A stretch of 64,000 nucleotides of DNA. It comes from Syntrophales bacterium (GTDB taxonomy: Bacteria; Desulfobacterota; Syntrophia; Syntrophales; UBA2210). Numbering within the stretch: the stretch's first letter is position 1; the number at the start of each line of letters is the position of its first letter. The position numbers and the translations under genes are program-made. This document shows positions 38,057-47,805 of this stretch, one piece after another. The stretch is taken from NCBI GenBank assembly GCA_963662405.2, contig CAXXKT010000002.1:32001-96000 (forward strand), read 5' to 3'. The notes beneath the pieces are model-generated. The model saw nothing but the letters and a program-made list of their open reading frames with translations. It searched no databases and was not told the origin of the DNA.

Positions 38057-38355
38057 CGCTTTGCGCTCGTTCCGTTGATGCGACCGAGCGCATGTGATAA
38101 AAAATCATTCTCCATCGATAACTGTCCGATCTTGGCGTGAAGTTCTTTTACATCCGGACCCTGGTTGTCCTTATGACCCTTGCCAAATACGTCCGATGCG
38201 TGATCCATCAACTGCTTCTTCCATGTGGTGATCTGGTTCGGGTGTACCTGATACCGCTCGGCAAGCTCAACGATCGTCTGGTCCCCTTTCAGTGCCTCCA
38301 ATGCCACCTTCGCCTTGAAGGACGGTGCATGGTTCCTCCGCGGTCTCTTGCTCAT
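38053..38355 (-). CDS. IS3 OrfA
   Basis: RRNHAPSFKAKVALEA, ELAERYQVHPNQITTWKKQL, LHAKIGQLSMENDFL. Confidence 0.93.
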   Translation of the reverse strand: MSKRPRRNHAPSFKAKVALEALKGDQTIVELAERYQVHPNQITTWKKQLMDHASDVFGKGHKDNQGPDVKELHAKIGQLSMENDFLSHALGRINGTSAKR

Positions 38356-39000
38356 ATCTCTTTCCTCCTTACGTCCACTATAGAGCAACTTTCCCACTTA
38401 TGCACCTGTCCAAATTTGCCCGACCAGCTCTGTGATCGCCAGGGCGATCGCACGGCAGGTGAAGCAACCCGGGAAGTGATCCGTAAAATCGGTAAAAAGA
38501 TACATTTCCCGTTCCATCTCATTGTACCGGACCCGGGTTATGACTCCCAACCTGTCCAGTGAAAGCCCGCGTTCCGGGTCTTTGATCCGTGCGAGGATCG
38601 CATCGATCTTCCGTATCATTTCCGGATTCATTATATCGTTCTATACCCGGCAGTAGAAATACAGGTCTGCAATTTGAGCTATTGCCAGAGGCCACCGATA
38701 TCTCCGAAAAATATGTGAGCGAAAACACTTGGTAAAGGAGACGACGCGATGGCCCGGAAGTATAATGCCGCTCTTGACGTGACCTGAGCACCTCCAAGTC
38801 CTTCTCCCGTCATCTCTCATTTTTTGGTATGTCCATCATCACCTTGGGGGAACTTCAACTCACTATTTATCCAATCGCATCAGAAAGCAAAGGTGATTCT
38901 TGACGGGTCATTGGAAAGCGATGTTTGTGCCATATTTCCCGCGTAAGTTAAAAAGATATCCCAGAAAATAAAAGCTTACCAAAACGCATATATTTTTTTC

Positions 39001-39029
39001 TTGACAGCCTATGAGCAAGTGTATATAGC
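39001..39029 (+). promoter_or_regulatory. Putative sigma70 promoter of the TetR operon
   Basis: TTGACA-17 bp-TATAGC preceded by an AT-rich tract. Confidence 0.55.
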
Positions 39030-39039
39030 CTTTGCACAG

Positions 39040-39115
39040 GTTAATGACGTTAATTAAAGTTAATGACGTTAATTAAAGTTAATGACGTTAATTAAGGTTA
39101 ATGACGTTAATTAAG
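39040..39115 (+). repeat. 4 x 19-bp tandem repeat GTTAATGACGTTAATTAAR, putative TetR operator array
   Basis: Units at 39040, 39059, 39078, 39097; each carries dyad TTAAT..CG..(A)ATTAA; lies between the promoter and the tetR start. Confidence 0.9.
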
Positions 39116-39190
39116 GTAAACGGCATTGATTGACAAGGACGCGTGTGTCGACTTCTGGTTTAAGAACGAATCATAAAAGAGGGGGGAGTC

Positions 39191-39805
39191 ATGATGATGG
39201 GAAAAAGTGCTGGCAATCCGATACGGAAGAAGATCCTCACCAGGGCAAGGAGCTTGTTTGGTCGAAAAGGATATTCCGAGACAACCATCAAAGATATTGC
39301 TGTCGCATATGGCTGTGAACCTGCCAATATTTACAACTATTTTGAGAGTAAAGAAGAAATCTTGTACGAGGTCTTATATGAGGAGACTCAAAGTCTGGTT
39401 TCGAAAATTAGGTTCCTGACTAAGGGTGACAAAGCCCAACCCGCCGAACAAATCAAAACGATATTTAGAGTTCATGGGGAAGTTGCATTGGGTGCAATGA
39501 AACCCGGAAAGCTCATGTATGATACCGAACTGAGAAGATTATCAAAAGAACATCAAAAGAAGATCATTGAATTGCGAGATGAATACGATGAAATTCTCCG
39601 ATCAATTATCCGCCGAGGTATCGATCTGGGTATATTTAAACCTGTCAACGTGCAGCTGGCCGCATATGCGATAGCTTCCACCCTTATGAGATTGAGAGTC
39701 TGGTATCACCCCAAGGGTTCGCTAGGCAAAAATGAAATAATCACGATTTTATGGGAATATGCGCTAAATGCATTAGGATATGAAGAAACATCCGAAGTGG
39801 TTTAG
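39191..39805 (+). CDS. TetR/AcrR-family regulator (KstR2-like C-terminus)
   Basis: ILTRARSLFGRKGYSETTIKDIA..ANIYNYFESKEEIL; WYHPKG. Confidence 0.93.
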   Translation: MMMGKSAGNPIRKKILTRARSLFGRKGYSETTIKDIAVAYGCEPANIYNYFESKEEILYEVLYEETQSLVSKIRFLTKGDKAQPAEQIKTIFRVHGEVALGAMKPGKLMYDTELRRLSKEHQKKIIELRDEYDEILRSIIRRGIDLGIFKPVNVQLAAYAIASTLMRLRVWYHPKGSLGKNEIITILWEYALNALGYEETSEVV

Positions 39806-39944
39806 CTTCCCTAACAAATACTATGTACGTTCCCCATGAGTAGTATGACCAATACCCCTCCAGGAATTATTCTCTGGCTTAAATGAGCCATATGGCGGGA
39901 TTGGCAATTCAAAGAAAAATAAAATAAGGAGGAGTGATTGTTCA

Positions 39945-40820
39945 ATGTTTATCGATATTCTAGTAAACGGCTTAGCAACCAGTGGTATGTATGGCCTATT
40001 GGCCGTTGGGTTCGCGCTTATTTTCAGTGTAGCGCGAATACTCAATATGGCACACACAGCCTTCTACATGATCGCAGCCTTTTTATTTTACGTGGCGGTA
40101 TCGGAATACCAAATGGGGGTTTTGCCCGCGATGACTGTCTCTGTCCTCGCAACAGTCATTCTGGGAGTCATTTGTTACAAACTTTTCTTTGAGAGGGTGA
40201 AGGAGCATGAGCAAACCGTCATGATCGTTTCCGTTGCCCTTGCGATGCTCGCTCAGGAAATATTTGTTTTGATTTTCGGTGGAACCTACCGTGGTATTGA
40301 TCCTGTTATCAAGGGATTTTACGAACTGAGTGGCGGGACCCGTATTTCGGGTCAGCATATATTCGCGGTTTTATCCACCAGTTTTATCCTTCTAGGCATC
40401 TGGCTCTGGTTATCGAAAACCAGGCTTGGTAACGCTATCCGTGCGGTCGCCCAAGATGCGGAGGTCGCAAATCTCATGGGCATTGATGACAGGAAGATGT
40501 GTGTTATCGTCATGAGTGTGTCCGTCTTGCTGGCGGGGATATCAGGTGTTGTGATGGCTCCAATCGGCATGGTCCATCCGTTGATGTGGGCTCAGCCGAT
40601 TGTCATAGTGCTGGCTGCCGTAATACTGGGTGGGATGGGAAGTATTGGCGGTGCGCTTATTGGCGCGGTGATTTTGGGTTATGTGGAAACTGCGGTTACT
40701 TTTTTGGTTCCTGGAGGTTCATTCCTGGGTGCTTCTGTTGCCTTGTTAATCATGGTGCTGGTGCTGATGATCAGGCCGGAAGGTTTGTTCGGAGTCTTTT
40801 TTGAGGAGGAAAGGTTATGA
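39945..40820 (+). CDS. HAAT-family ABC permease (LivH-like)
   Basis: YGLLAVGFALIF, NMAH, TRLGNAIRAVAQD, VILGGMGS, RPEGLFG. Confidence 0.92.
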   Translation: MFIDILVNGLATSGMYGLLAVGFALIFSVARILNMAHTAFYMIAAFLFYVAVSEYQMGVLPAMTVSVLATVILGVICYKLFFERVKEHEQTVMIVSVALAMLAQEIFVLIFGGTYRGIDPVIKGFYELSGGTRISGQHIFAVLSTSFILLGIWLWLSKTRLGNAIRAVAQDAEVANLMGIDDRKMCVIVMSVSVLLAGISGVVMAPIGMVHPLMWAQPIVIVLAAVILGGMGSIGGALIGAVILGYVETAVTFLVPGGSFLGASVALLIMVLVLMIRPEGLFGVFFEEERL

Positions 40821-41884
40821 TGGGTTATTTACAGTTGGCATACGGGTGGGTTCGACAGGAAATATTTGCTCAACCGGGAAGAATTATAGCGCTCGTTTTT
40901 TTTACCCTGTTGTTGTCCGCGCCTCTTATTACTCAGGAAGCGCAGTACTTAACCATCATAACTATGGCCACCATTTTTGCCATATTTGCAATGAGTTGGG
41001 ACCTTATTTCCGGAGTGACCGGTCAGCTATCCCTCGGTCATGGTCTTTTTTTCGGGACAGCTGCCTATGCTGCTGCCCTCTTAAATTTACATTTGGGCTG
41101 GCAGCCATGGTTAACCATTCCGGCTGGTGCCATTATGGCATCCTGCTTTGGCGCACTGGTTGCAATTCCGGCATTGCGATTGAGGGGGATATATTTGGGT
41201 CTGGTTACCATGACCTTGCCTTTGATCATGACGGGAATCATCTTTTTGTTCCCCGATTTCACGGGGGGTGAGTTAGGCCTCTACGGTATCCAGAATCTCA
41301 GCGCGTCTCAGAATACCAGTTACTACATTGTAGTGATTGTCTTTTGTGTCGCGGCATTCGTTCTCTACAAATTGAGTGATCCCGAAAGTAAATTCATCAG
41401 AATCGGGATTATTCTGAATGCCATACGAGAGGATGAGATTGCTGCTCGAACCTCTGGAATCGACACGGTCAAATATAAAATTCTCGCTTTTGTTATCAGT
41501 GGTTTCTTTGCCGGCATTGCCGGAGGTCTATACTGCCACTATATCAGACTCGCTGGCCCATCAAATCTGGAATTATTCTTTTCATTTCAAGTCGTTCTCT
41601 GGTCGATATTCGGAAGCGCAGGGACTATCTACGGGGCAGTCGTGGGTGTTTTTGTCCTCTACCCTCTGACCGAGGTGTTGTCGCTCTTTGAACTGGGGGA
41701 CAAAATGCGCTTTATCGTTTTCGACGTTATTCTTATTGTCGCGCTTCTTTTCATGCCTGAAGGGATCAGTATATGGATTCTTGATAAACTCGAAGAGAAG
41801 TGTCCCCGCTGCAAAATCGTCAACGCGTTCTTCCGAAAGAAATGCAGGGCTTGTCGTGCCGTATTGAGGCCGGACCAACAATAA
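40817..41884 (+). CDS. HAAT-family ABC permease (LivM-like) with C-terminal CxxC..CxxC
   Basis: GQLSLGHGLFFG, LRLRGIY, TGGELG, AIREDEIAA, MPEGI. Confidence 0.92.
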   Translation: MMGYLQLAYGWVRQEIFAQPGRIIALVFFTLLLSAPLITQEAQYLTIITMATIFAIFAMSWDLISGVTGQLSLGHGLFFGTAAYAAALLNLHLGWQPWLTIPAGAIMASCFGALVAIPALRLRGIYLGLVTMTLPLIMTGIIFLFPDFTGGELGLYGIQNLSASQNTSYYIVVIVFCVAAFVLYKLSDPESKFIRIGIILNAIREDEIAARTSGIDTVKYKILAFVISGFFAGIAGGLYCHYIRLAGPSNLELFFSFQVVLWSIFGSAGTIYGAVVGVFVLYPLTEVLSLFELGDKMRFIVFDVILIVALLFMPEGISIWILDKLEEKCPRCKIVNAFFRKKCRACRAVLRPDQQ

Positions 41885-41902
41885 TGCAAAGGAGGAGAAA
41901 AA

Positions 41903-43600
41903 ATGGCAGGAATATATGAAGAAAGAGTATGGCTAGGGTCTTACAATTCTGGTGTTCCCTCAGATGTTGAAGTTCCCGAGAATGAGTCATTGATTGACCT
42001 GTTCGATAAAGCAACCACTACGTGGGCAAAGAAAACAGCCGTCATCTTTTACGGCAATAAAATAACATTCTCAGAGTTGAGAGACAAGGTTGACCGATTA
42101 GCAAATGCGCTCACCGATATGGGGGTCAAGAAGGGGGATCGCATTGCGATGCTCCTTCTCAATTCTCCAGAATTTATCATCTGTAACTTCGCGGCTTTCA
42201 AAATCGGAGCCGTGCAGACACACATCAGTCCGGTCTACGTATCGGAAGAGATCAGGCATCAGCTTGCTGATAGCGGGGCGGAAACAATTATATGTCAGGA
42301 TATCCTGTACGAAGCCGTCGAGAAAACGGGGATAAAGTTTAAAAATGTTATATTGACTAATATATCGGAATCTTTACCAAAGCTGAAAAAGATGGTGGGA
42401 ACCACCATTCTCAGGGGGGTATATCAGAAAATGGCCGCCCCTTCTCCTGAGATTTACAAAAAAGAAGGGGTGCAGCAGCTCCAGGATCTTTTGGCCAAGT
42501 ATCAGCCGAATCCTCCCAAGGTAACGATCCATACAAAAGAAGATGTGGCCTTGCTCCCCTATACCGGCGGTACAACCGGTGCCCCCAAAGGGGTTATGCT
42601 GACTCATTACAACATAATATCGAATTATTATCAAAACAAGGCAGCCCTCAAGGAGCTTGAGAGTGGAAAAGAAACGGTCGTAGGGTTCATGCCTTTCTAT
42701 CACGCAGCCGGTTCGGCCGTTGTCAACCTTTCCGTATTTAGCGGCTTTAACCTGGTCACCATAACGACCCCCGATATTGACGATATCATTCAGTATCTTG
42801 TCAAATATGGCGCATCGTATTTTATGGCCGCGCCAACCATGTATGAGATGCTGAAGGACCATGAGAAGACGGATCGAGTGAACTGGAAGAAAATGAAAAT
42901 AATCGAATCGGGTGCCGATTCGCTCCACGAGAATACAGCGAGAGACTGGGAAGAGCGAACTGGAACGCAGATCATAGAGGCTTACGGTATGACCGAAACG
43001 GTAGCGCTCGCGCACATTAATCCGAAAGGGAAACAAAAGTACGGTTCCATAGGAGTCCCTGCCCCCAGCACCTATGCTGCAATTCTGGATCCGGATGAAG
43101 ACAAGTTTCTTCCTATCGGAGAAACCGGAGAGTTGGCGATCAGTGGTCCGCAAGTTACCATCGGATATTGGAACAATCCTGAAGTCACAAAGAGTTGTGA
43201 AGCGATCATGGACGGGAGGAGATATTGGCGGACCGGTGATCTTGGAAACATGGATGAAGAGGGTTTTTTCTATATATACGACCGCAAGAGAGATCTGATC
43301 AAATACAAAGGGCTGCGTATCTTTGCCCGTGAAGTCGAGGAAGTTTTAAAGAATCATCCCAGCATCAAGGAGGCGGGCGTCGTGGGAGTAAGCGACCCTG
43401 TGGTAGGCCAAAATGTCAGGGCCGTCATCGTTTTAGAGAGCGATGCAAGGGGGCGGATCACGGAGCAGGAGATCACGGAATATTGTAAAGACAAACTTGC
43501 TCACTACAAGATTCCACGGATCATAGACTTCGTGGGCGAGATTCCGAAAACAGATGTCGGTAAAGTCTCTCGAAGGGAAATCAGAACGGAGGATGAATAG
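41903..43600 (+). CDS. Long-chain acyl-CoA synthetase (FadD-like AMP-binding)
   Basis: YTGGTTGAPKG, EAYGMTE, RTGDLG, DRKRDLIK, PKTDVGK. Confidence 0.93.
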   Translation: MAGIYEERVWLGSYNSGVPSDVEVPENESLIDLFDKATTTWAKKTAVIFYGNKITFSELRDKVDRLANALTDMGVKKGDRIAMLLLNSPEFIICNFAAFKIGAVQTHISPVYVSEEIRHQLADSGAETIICQDILYEAVEKTGIKFKNVILTNISESLPKLKKMVGTTILRGVYQKMAAPSPEIYKKEGVQQLQDLLAKYQPNPPKVTIHTKEDVALLPYTGGTTGAPKGVMLTHYNIISNYYQNKAALKELESGKETVVGFMPFYHAAGSAVVNLSVFSGFNLVTITTPDIDDIIQYLVKYGASYFMAAPTMYEMLKDHEKTDRVNWKKMKIIESGADSLHENTARDWEERTGTQIIEAYGMTETVALAHINPKGKQKYGSIGVPAPSTYAAILDPDEDKFLPIGETGELAISGPQVTIGYWNNPEVTKSCEAIMDGRRYWRTGDLGNMDEEGFFYIYDRKRDLIKYKGLRIFAREVEEVLKNHPSIKEAGVVGVSDPVVGQNVRAVIVLESDARGRITEQEITEYCKDKLAHYKIPRIIDFVGEIPKTDVGKVSRREIRTEDE

Positions 43601-44381
43601 GATGGGAACACCCTTCTTGGAAGTAAAGAATGTAACGAAACATTTCGGTGGTATACGGGCACTGGAACAGGTCAGCTTTACAGTCGGCCGCGATGAGATA
43701 GTCGGTCTCATAGGCCCCAACGGTGCGGGTAAATCGACCTGCATCAGAAATATCATGGGTATCTATAAACCCACCTCCGGGACCGTCTCTTTCAAAGGGA
43801 AAAATATAACCGGTCAGATGATCACAAAGACGGTCAATATGGGTATGGCGTGCACCTTTCAGATAGTAAAGCCCTTTCGACATCTTCCCGTGATTTCCAA
43901 TGTCATGGTGTCTTGTCTTTGCGGTCGATCAAAACGAAAAGGGGAATGGGTTAAAACGGTCGAAAGCCGGGCCCATGACGCATTGGAGTTTTGTGGAATC
44001 GCGGATCAGGCTCTTGAATTGGCATCAGTGCTCTCACATGGTGACCTCAAAAGGCTGGAGCTTGCCAGGGCTATTGCCACGGAACCGGAGATTCTCCTTC
44101 TGGATGAACCGTTCGGTGGCCTGAACCCCGCTGAGACAAGATTGGTGGCGGATTCATTGAAACGACTGCACAAGGGAGGGCGCTTTGGTCGTTTGCACAG
44201 TGAAGGTCCAGCCATGCTCATTGTCGAGCATAAACTTTCAGAATTGATGAGAATTGTGGATAGAATTGTTGTCATCAATTTTGGAAAGGTTATTGCAGAG
44301 GGGACTCCTCAAGAGATCGTTAAGAACAAAGAGGTTATAGAAGCTTATATCGGAAAGGAGGTGGCAAAACTTGTATCTTGA
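43593..44381 (+). CDS. HAAT-family ABC ATPase (LivG-like)
   Basis: GPNGAGKS, LSHGDLKRLELARA, LLLDEP, EAYIG. Confidence 0.92.
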   Translation: MNRMGTPFLEVKNVTKHFGGIRALEQVSFTVGRDEIVGLIGPNGAGKSTCIRNIMGIYKPTSGTVSFKGKNITGQMITKTVNMGMACTFQIVKPFRHLPVISNVMVSCLCGRSKRKGEWVKTVESRAHDALEFCGIADQALELASVLSHGDLKRLELARAIATEPEILLLDEPFGGLNPAETRLVADSLKRLHKGGRFGRLHSEGPAMLIVEHKLSELMRIVDRIVVINFGKVIAEGTPQEIVKNKEVIEAYIGKEVAKLVS

Positions 44382-45120
44382 AGTCAAGGATCTCACTGTC
44401 TTGTACGATCGAGCTATGGTTTTGAACAAGGCAAACCTTCGCATTAATGAAGGAGAATTGGTCAGTTTGGTTGGTCCGAATGGAGCGGGAAAGACAACAC
44501 TCCTGCGCGCCATCTCGGGCTTGGTGAAGTGGGAGAAAGAGTCGTTAAAGGGAACCGTATTGGGGAAGATAACCATCGGGGGGAGCGTCATGTTCAACGG
44601 TGAAGAACTGATTCATCTTCCCGCTTCAAAAATAATTCAAAAGGGACTTGTTCTTACCCCGGAGAGAGGCAGACCCTTTAAAGAAATGACCGTCAAGGAG
44701 AATCTGCTTGCCGGTGCTTATTTGATCAAAGACAAAAAACTCATCAAGGAGACGTTGGAACAGGTCTATGAGTTATTCCCGATCTTGCATCAACGGGGGA
44801 ATCAGGTTTCGGGCACGATTTCGGGCGGTGAGCGAACCATGTTGGCCATAGGCAGATCCCTCATGTCTCAAGCGAAGTGTCTCCTTATCGATGAACCATC
44901 GGTTGGGCTCGCGCCTAAGGTAAAAGAAGACATGTTTCAAAGGATAGGAGCCGTTCATGGTCTGGGTATCACGATACTGATGACGGAACAAGACATCAGT
45001 TTCGCTTTTGAACTGTCTGAAAGGAACTACGTCATTTCACAGGGGCAAATCCTGGCGGAGGGGAACCCAGACGAATTACTTGCCGATGAATTGATCAGAA
45101 AGAATTATCTGGGACTATAA
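44371..45120 (+). CDS. HAAT-family ABC ATPase (LivF-like)
   Basis: GPNGAGKTT, SGGERTMLAIGR, LLIDEPSVGLAP, YLGL. Confidence 0.92.
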   Translation: MYLEVKDLTVLYDRAMVLNKANLRINEGELVSLVGPNGAGKTTLLRAISGLVKWEKESLKGTVLGKITIGGSVMFNGEELIHLPASKIIQKGLVLTPERGRPFKEMTVKENLLAGAYLIKDKKLIKETLEQVYELFPILHQRGNQVSGTISGGERTMLAIGRSLMSQAKCLLIDEPSVGLAPKVKEDMFQRIGAVHGLGITILMTEQDISFAFELSERNYVISQGQILAEGNPDELLADELIRKNYLGL

Positions 45121-45234
45121 GGGAAGTGGAACGTTTCTTTCATTAATATAGTTGAAGGATAATGAAAAGCGATTCTGTTGAGCATGTCAAATAATTATGC
45201 ATGCGGTGTTAACCCTAAATTATTAAGGAGGAGC

Positions 45235-46593
45235 ATGATGGAAAAGGGAAAATCGTTTTTAAAGCAATGGATGTTTGGGGCGGTAATGTTGGCAGTTTTG
45301 GTGTTTGTGGGGGCCTACAATTCTCAGGCGGAAGAAATTAAGGTCGGTATCATTGGCCCCATGAAGTTTTCTCTCGGAGATCACTCATGGAAGGGGGCAA
45401 CTCTTGCCGCAGACGAAGTAAACGCTGCCGGGGGGATCAAACTGAATGGTAAATCGTATCAGGTAAAACTGGTCCAGGCAGATGATGATTGCATCACCAG
45501 TATTCCCAACGCGGTCAGTGCGATGAAACGACTTGTGAACGTATCGAAGGTCGATTTCATCGTCGGTGGATTCAGATCGGAAGCGGTCCTCGCTCAGCAG
45601 GAGGTGATGGCGGATAACAAGATCATGTACCTCGGTACCGGCGCATCTTCTCCGGCTCTGAATGAGCGACTCAGCAAAGATTTTGATAGATACAAATACT
45701 GGTTCCGAATCGGTAATGGTAATGCGAAAGTAGGCATACCTGGGTGGTTTGGAATGATAGAACCGGTTTTGAGGGCTGTAAGAACGGAACTGGGTATCGA
45801 AAAACCTCGGGTTGCTTTGCTGGTTGATAAATCAAAGTGGGCAGAACCTATTGCCAAGATTGGCGTCGAATTATTTAAAGAAATGGGTTGCGAGGTAGTT
45901 GGTGTCTGGCGACCGAGTGCGACGGCCACAAACGTAAGCGCCGAATTGTCAGCCATCAAATCTGCAAACACACATGTAATTTTTACGCAACTTGCAGGAC
46001 CCTCAGGAAACGCCTTTTCAAGACAGTGGGGTGACCTGAAGATTCCCGCAGCAATGGCCGGAGTGAATCTGGAGGCCGTTAAAGAAGTGGCATGGAAGGC
46101 CACGGGCGGACGGTGCAATTATTTGCTCGTATCCGATGTGGTTGCCACGTCTTCGGAAAAGACAGCCCTTACGAAGCCCTTTTTGGATAAGTTCAAAGAG
46201 AAATTCGGCGAAAGGCCTTTGTATACGGGAAGCGGTGGGTATGATTCTATTTATCTTCTGAAGAAGCTCGTCGAGCAGGCACAATCATTGGATAGTGCGG
46301 TTCTCGTCCCGGCGCTTGAGAAAATGGTCTTTGTCGGTTCGATGGGGACCCTTCAGTTCACGCCTCGTGATATGGTTAACCCTCATGATTTAGTATGGGG
46401 GCCTGGTTACTATTGGGGTGGCATTCAGTGGATCGACGGCACACGGTACGATGTGTGGCCCGATGGACACGAGATACATACTGCCCTCCAGAAACTTGGT
46501 GCTCCCAAGGGATGGGACAAAATAAGGCCTCAGGGAACGAGAGATTACGTTCTGCCTCCTTGGGTGGTGGAATATTGGAAAGACAAAAAATGA
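45235..46593 (+). CDS. HAAT-family periplasmic substrate-binding protein
   Basis: Signal peptide, IKVGIIGP, EVNAAGGI, VGGFRSE, YWFR. Confidence 0.9.
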   Translation: MMEKGKSFLKQWMFGAVMLAVLVFVGAYNSQAEEIKVGIIGPMKFSLGDHSWKGATLAADEVNAAGGIKLNGKSYQVKLVQADDDCITSIPNAVSAMKRLVNVSKVDFIVGGFRSEAVLAQQEVMADNKIMYLGTGASSPALNERLSKDFDRYKYWFRIGNGNAKVGIPGWFGMIEPVLRAVRTELGIEKPRVALLVDKSKWAEPIAKIGVELFKEMGCEVVGVWRPSATATNVSAELSAIKSANTHVIFTQLAGPSGNAFSRQWGDLKIPAAMAGVNLEAVKEVAWKATGGRCNYLLVSDVVATSSEKTALTKPFLDKFKEKFGERPLYTGSGGYDSIYLLKKLVEQAQSLDSAVLVPALEKMVFVGSMGTLQFTPRDMVNPHDLVWGPGYYWGGIQWIDGTRYDVWPDGHEIHTALQKLGAPKGWDKIRPQGTRDYVLPPWVVEYWKDKK

Positions 46594-46617
46594 TTGGGTG
46601 ATATAAATGGTCAGCCG

Positions 46618-46653
46618 AGCGCGCGGTCCTCATGCACGAGGATCTCGCGCTCC
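46618..46653 (+). terminator. GC-rich stem-loop after the binding-protein gene
   Basis: GAGCGCG.GGTCCTC-atgcac-GAGGATC.CGCGCTC; no strong U-tract. Confidence 0.4.
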
Positions 46654-46712
46654 GGCAAAGCAGCCGGGTAAAAGATCATATACTCATATTATTATATTGC
46701 GAGAAGGATTAG

Positions 46713-47150
46713 GTGATGGATCAGTTAGACTATAATGCCCAAGCCAAAGACTGGCAGACGCTGAAGCAGGGAGATATTGTATCTTCTTTAACATACCGCG
46801 TGCCTCATGTTGATGTACTGACTTACGAAACCGAAGCAATGGAGGCTTCAGATCCCTGGTATCTGCACGATTCTCCGTACGGCGGGCCTATCGTTCCCCC
46901 GGGGTATTTCTATGGCGAATATCTACGGTTACTGACCGCGGTCAATTTTCCCATGGGGGCCCTGAATGCCAAGCTGTCTTTCCAATCCAAAGGGCACATA
47001 TTGCATGGTGAGCAGGTAACGGTTGTTGGAATCGTTGACAAATTTTACGAGAAGCGTGAGCGGCCATATATGGACTTGGAGGTGATCGTAAAGAATGAGA
47101 AGAACGAAGAAGTCGTAAAGGGATTAGTTACATTGCTTTTGAAAATATGA
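46713..47150 (+). CDS. MaoC-like hotdog-fold protein (partner subunit)
   Basis: DPWY..SPYGGPIVPP, HGEQVTVVG, YEKRERPY. Confidence 0.75.
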   Translation: MMDQLDYNAQAKDWQTLKQGDIVSSLTYRVPHVDVLTYETEAMEASDPWYLHDSPYGGPIVPPGYFYGEYLRLLTAVNFPMGALNAKLSFQSKGHILHGEQVTVVGIVDKFYEKRERPYMDLEVIVKNEKNEEVVKGLVTLLLKI

Positions 47151-47169
47151 GGAGGATAGTGGACGTACT

Positions 47170-47586
47170 ATGGATTCCAAGATAACGGGGATAGGATATG
47201 AACTGCCGCCTGTCGTAAAGGAAGTGACCGATGAAACGATATACAATTATTCCATGCGGTACAGTGGCACCTATGTAAAGATGATCCATGTGGACAAGGC
47301 ATCCGCTCAAAGATCCGGATTCGATGGTTTGGTACTGCAAGCTTCGCAAACGCTCGACTTCGCCAACGAGATGCTGTTCAAGGTATATCGCAAGGGAGTA
47401 ATCGATAATTCCAGCATCAAAGCGGTTTTTATAAAACCGGTCTTGTCCGGAGATACGTTAACCATCCAAGGGAAGGTGAAGGACAATAAGACTGAAGGAC
47501 CATACCCTTGTGTCACAGTGGACATATGGGCTGATAATAAATCCAATGAAAAAGTTATGATCGGTGAGGCCGTCATAGCGATCTGA
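47170..47586 (+). CDS. MaoC-family dehydratase-like protein
   Basis: IHVDKASAQRSGFDGLVLQA, FIKPVLSGDTL. Confidence 0.8.
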   Translation: MDSKITGIGYELPPVVKEVTDETIYNYSMRYSGTYVKMIHVDKASAQRSGFDGLVLQASQTLDFANEMLFKVYRKGVIDNSSIKAVFIKPVLSGDTLTIQGKVKDNKTEGPYPCVTVDIWADNKSNEKVMIGEAVIAI

Positions 47587-47805
47587 GACCAGTTGCAAAT
47601 CATGTAGGGGCTACGCAGTGCTCCTGATGGAGCAGGTTTTTCCTCGTTCCCATTTGTGCACGGGGAAAGTATATAAAAGGCATTTCGGTTGTACCTGGAC
47701 GGCGATTATTGATAATAGTTAATATATTGATGTGGTTACGGGGCAACAGAATGCGCGAAACCACGGTTAGATGCCCCGAGAAGGGTGCCCAAAAGGAGAG
47801 TTTTA

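Larger units (their letters stand above)
37158..38431 (-). mobile_element. IS3-family insertion sequence (1274 bp), apparently intact
   Basis: TIRs AGAGGTGGTCCGGTTTCTTTGGACAGG / reverse complement AGAGCTGGTCGGGCAAATTTGGACAGG; TSD GTG (GTGA if the left end is 1 bp later), confirmed by the empty site in repeat copy 2. Confidence 0.93.
37083..38631 (-). pseudogene. DUF59/FeS-assembly-like gene, copy 1, interrupted by IS3
   Basis: Same sequence as 52470-52745 on both sides of the IS. Confidence 0.9.
36864..38647 (+). repeat. Direct repeat copy 1 (~507 bp excluding the IS), matches 52251-52758
   Basis: ACGGAAGGAAGTCGGGAGAGGGCTTCC... through the DUF59-like gene is nearly identical in both places. 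Confidence 0.95.

Noticed and set aside
38650..38990. Short ORFs or gene remnant left of the TetR promoter
   Set aside because: No frame gives a recognisable protein or a convincing RBS.
39040..39115. Mini-CRISPR or plasmid iterons
   Set aside because: No spacers and no cas or rep gene; the position fits an operator.
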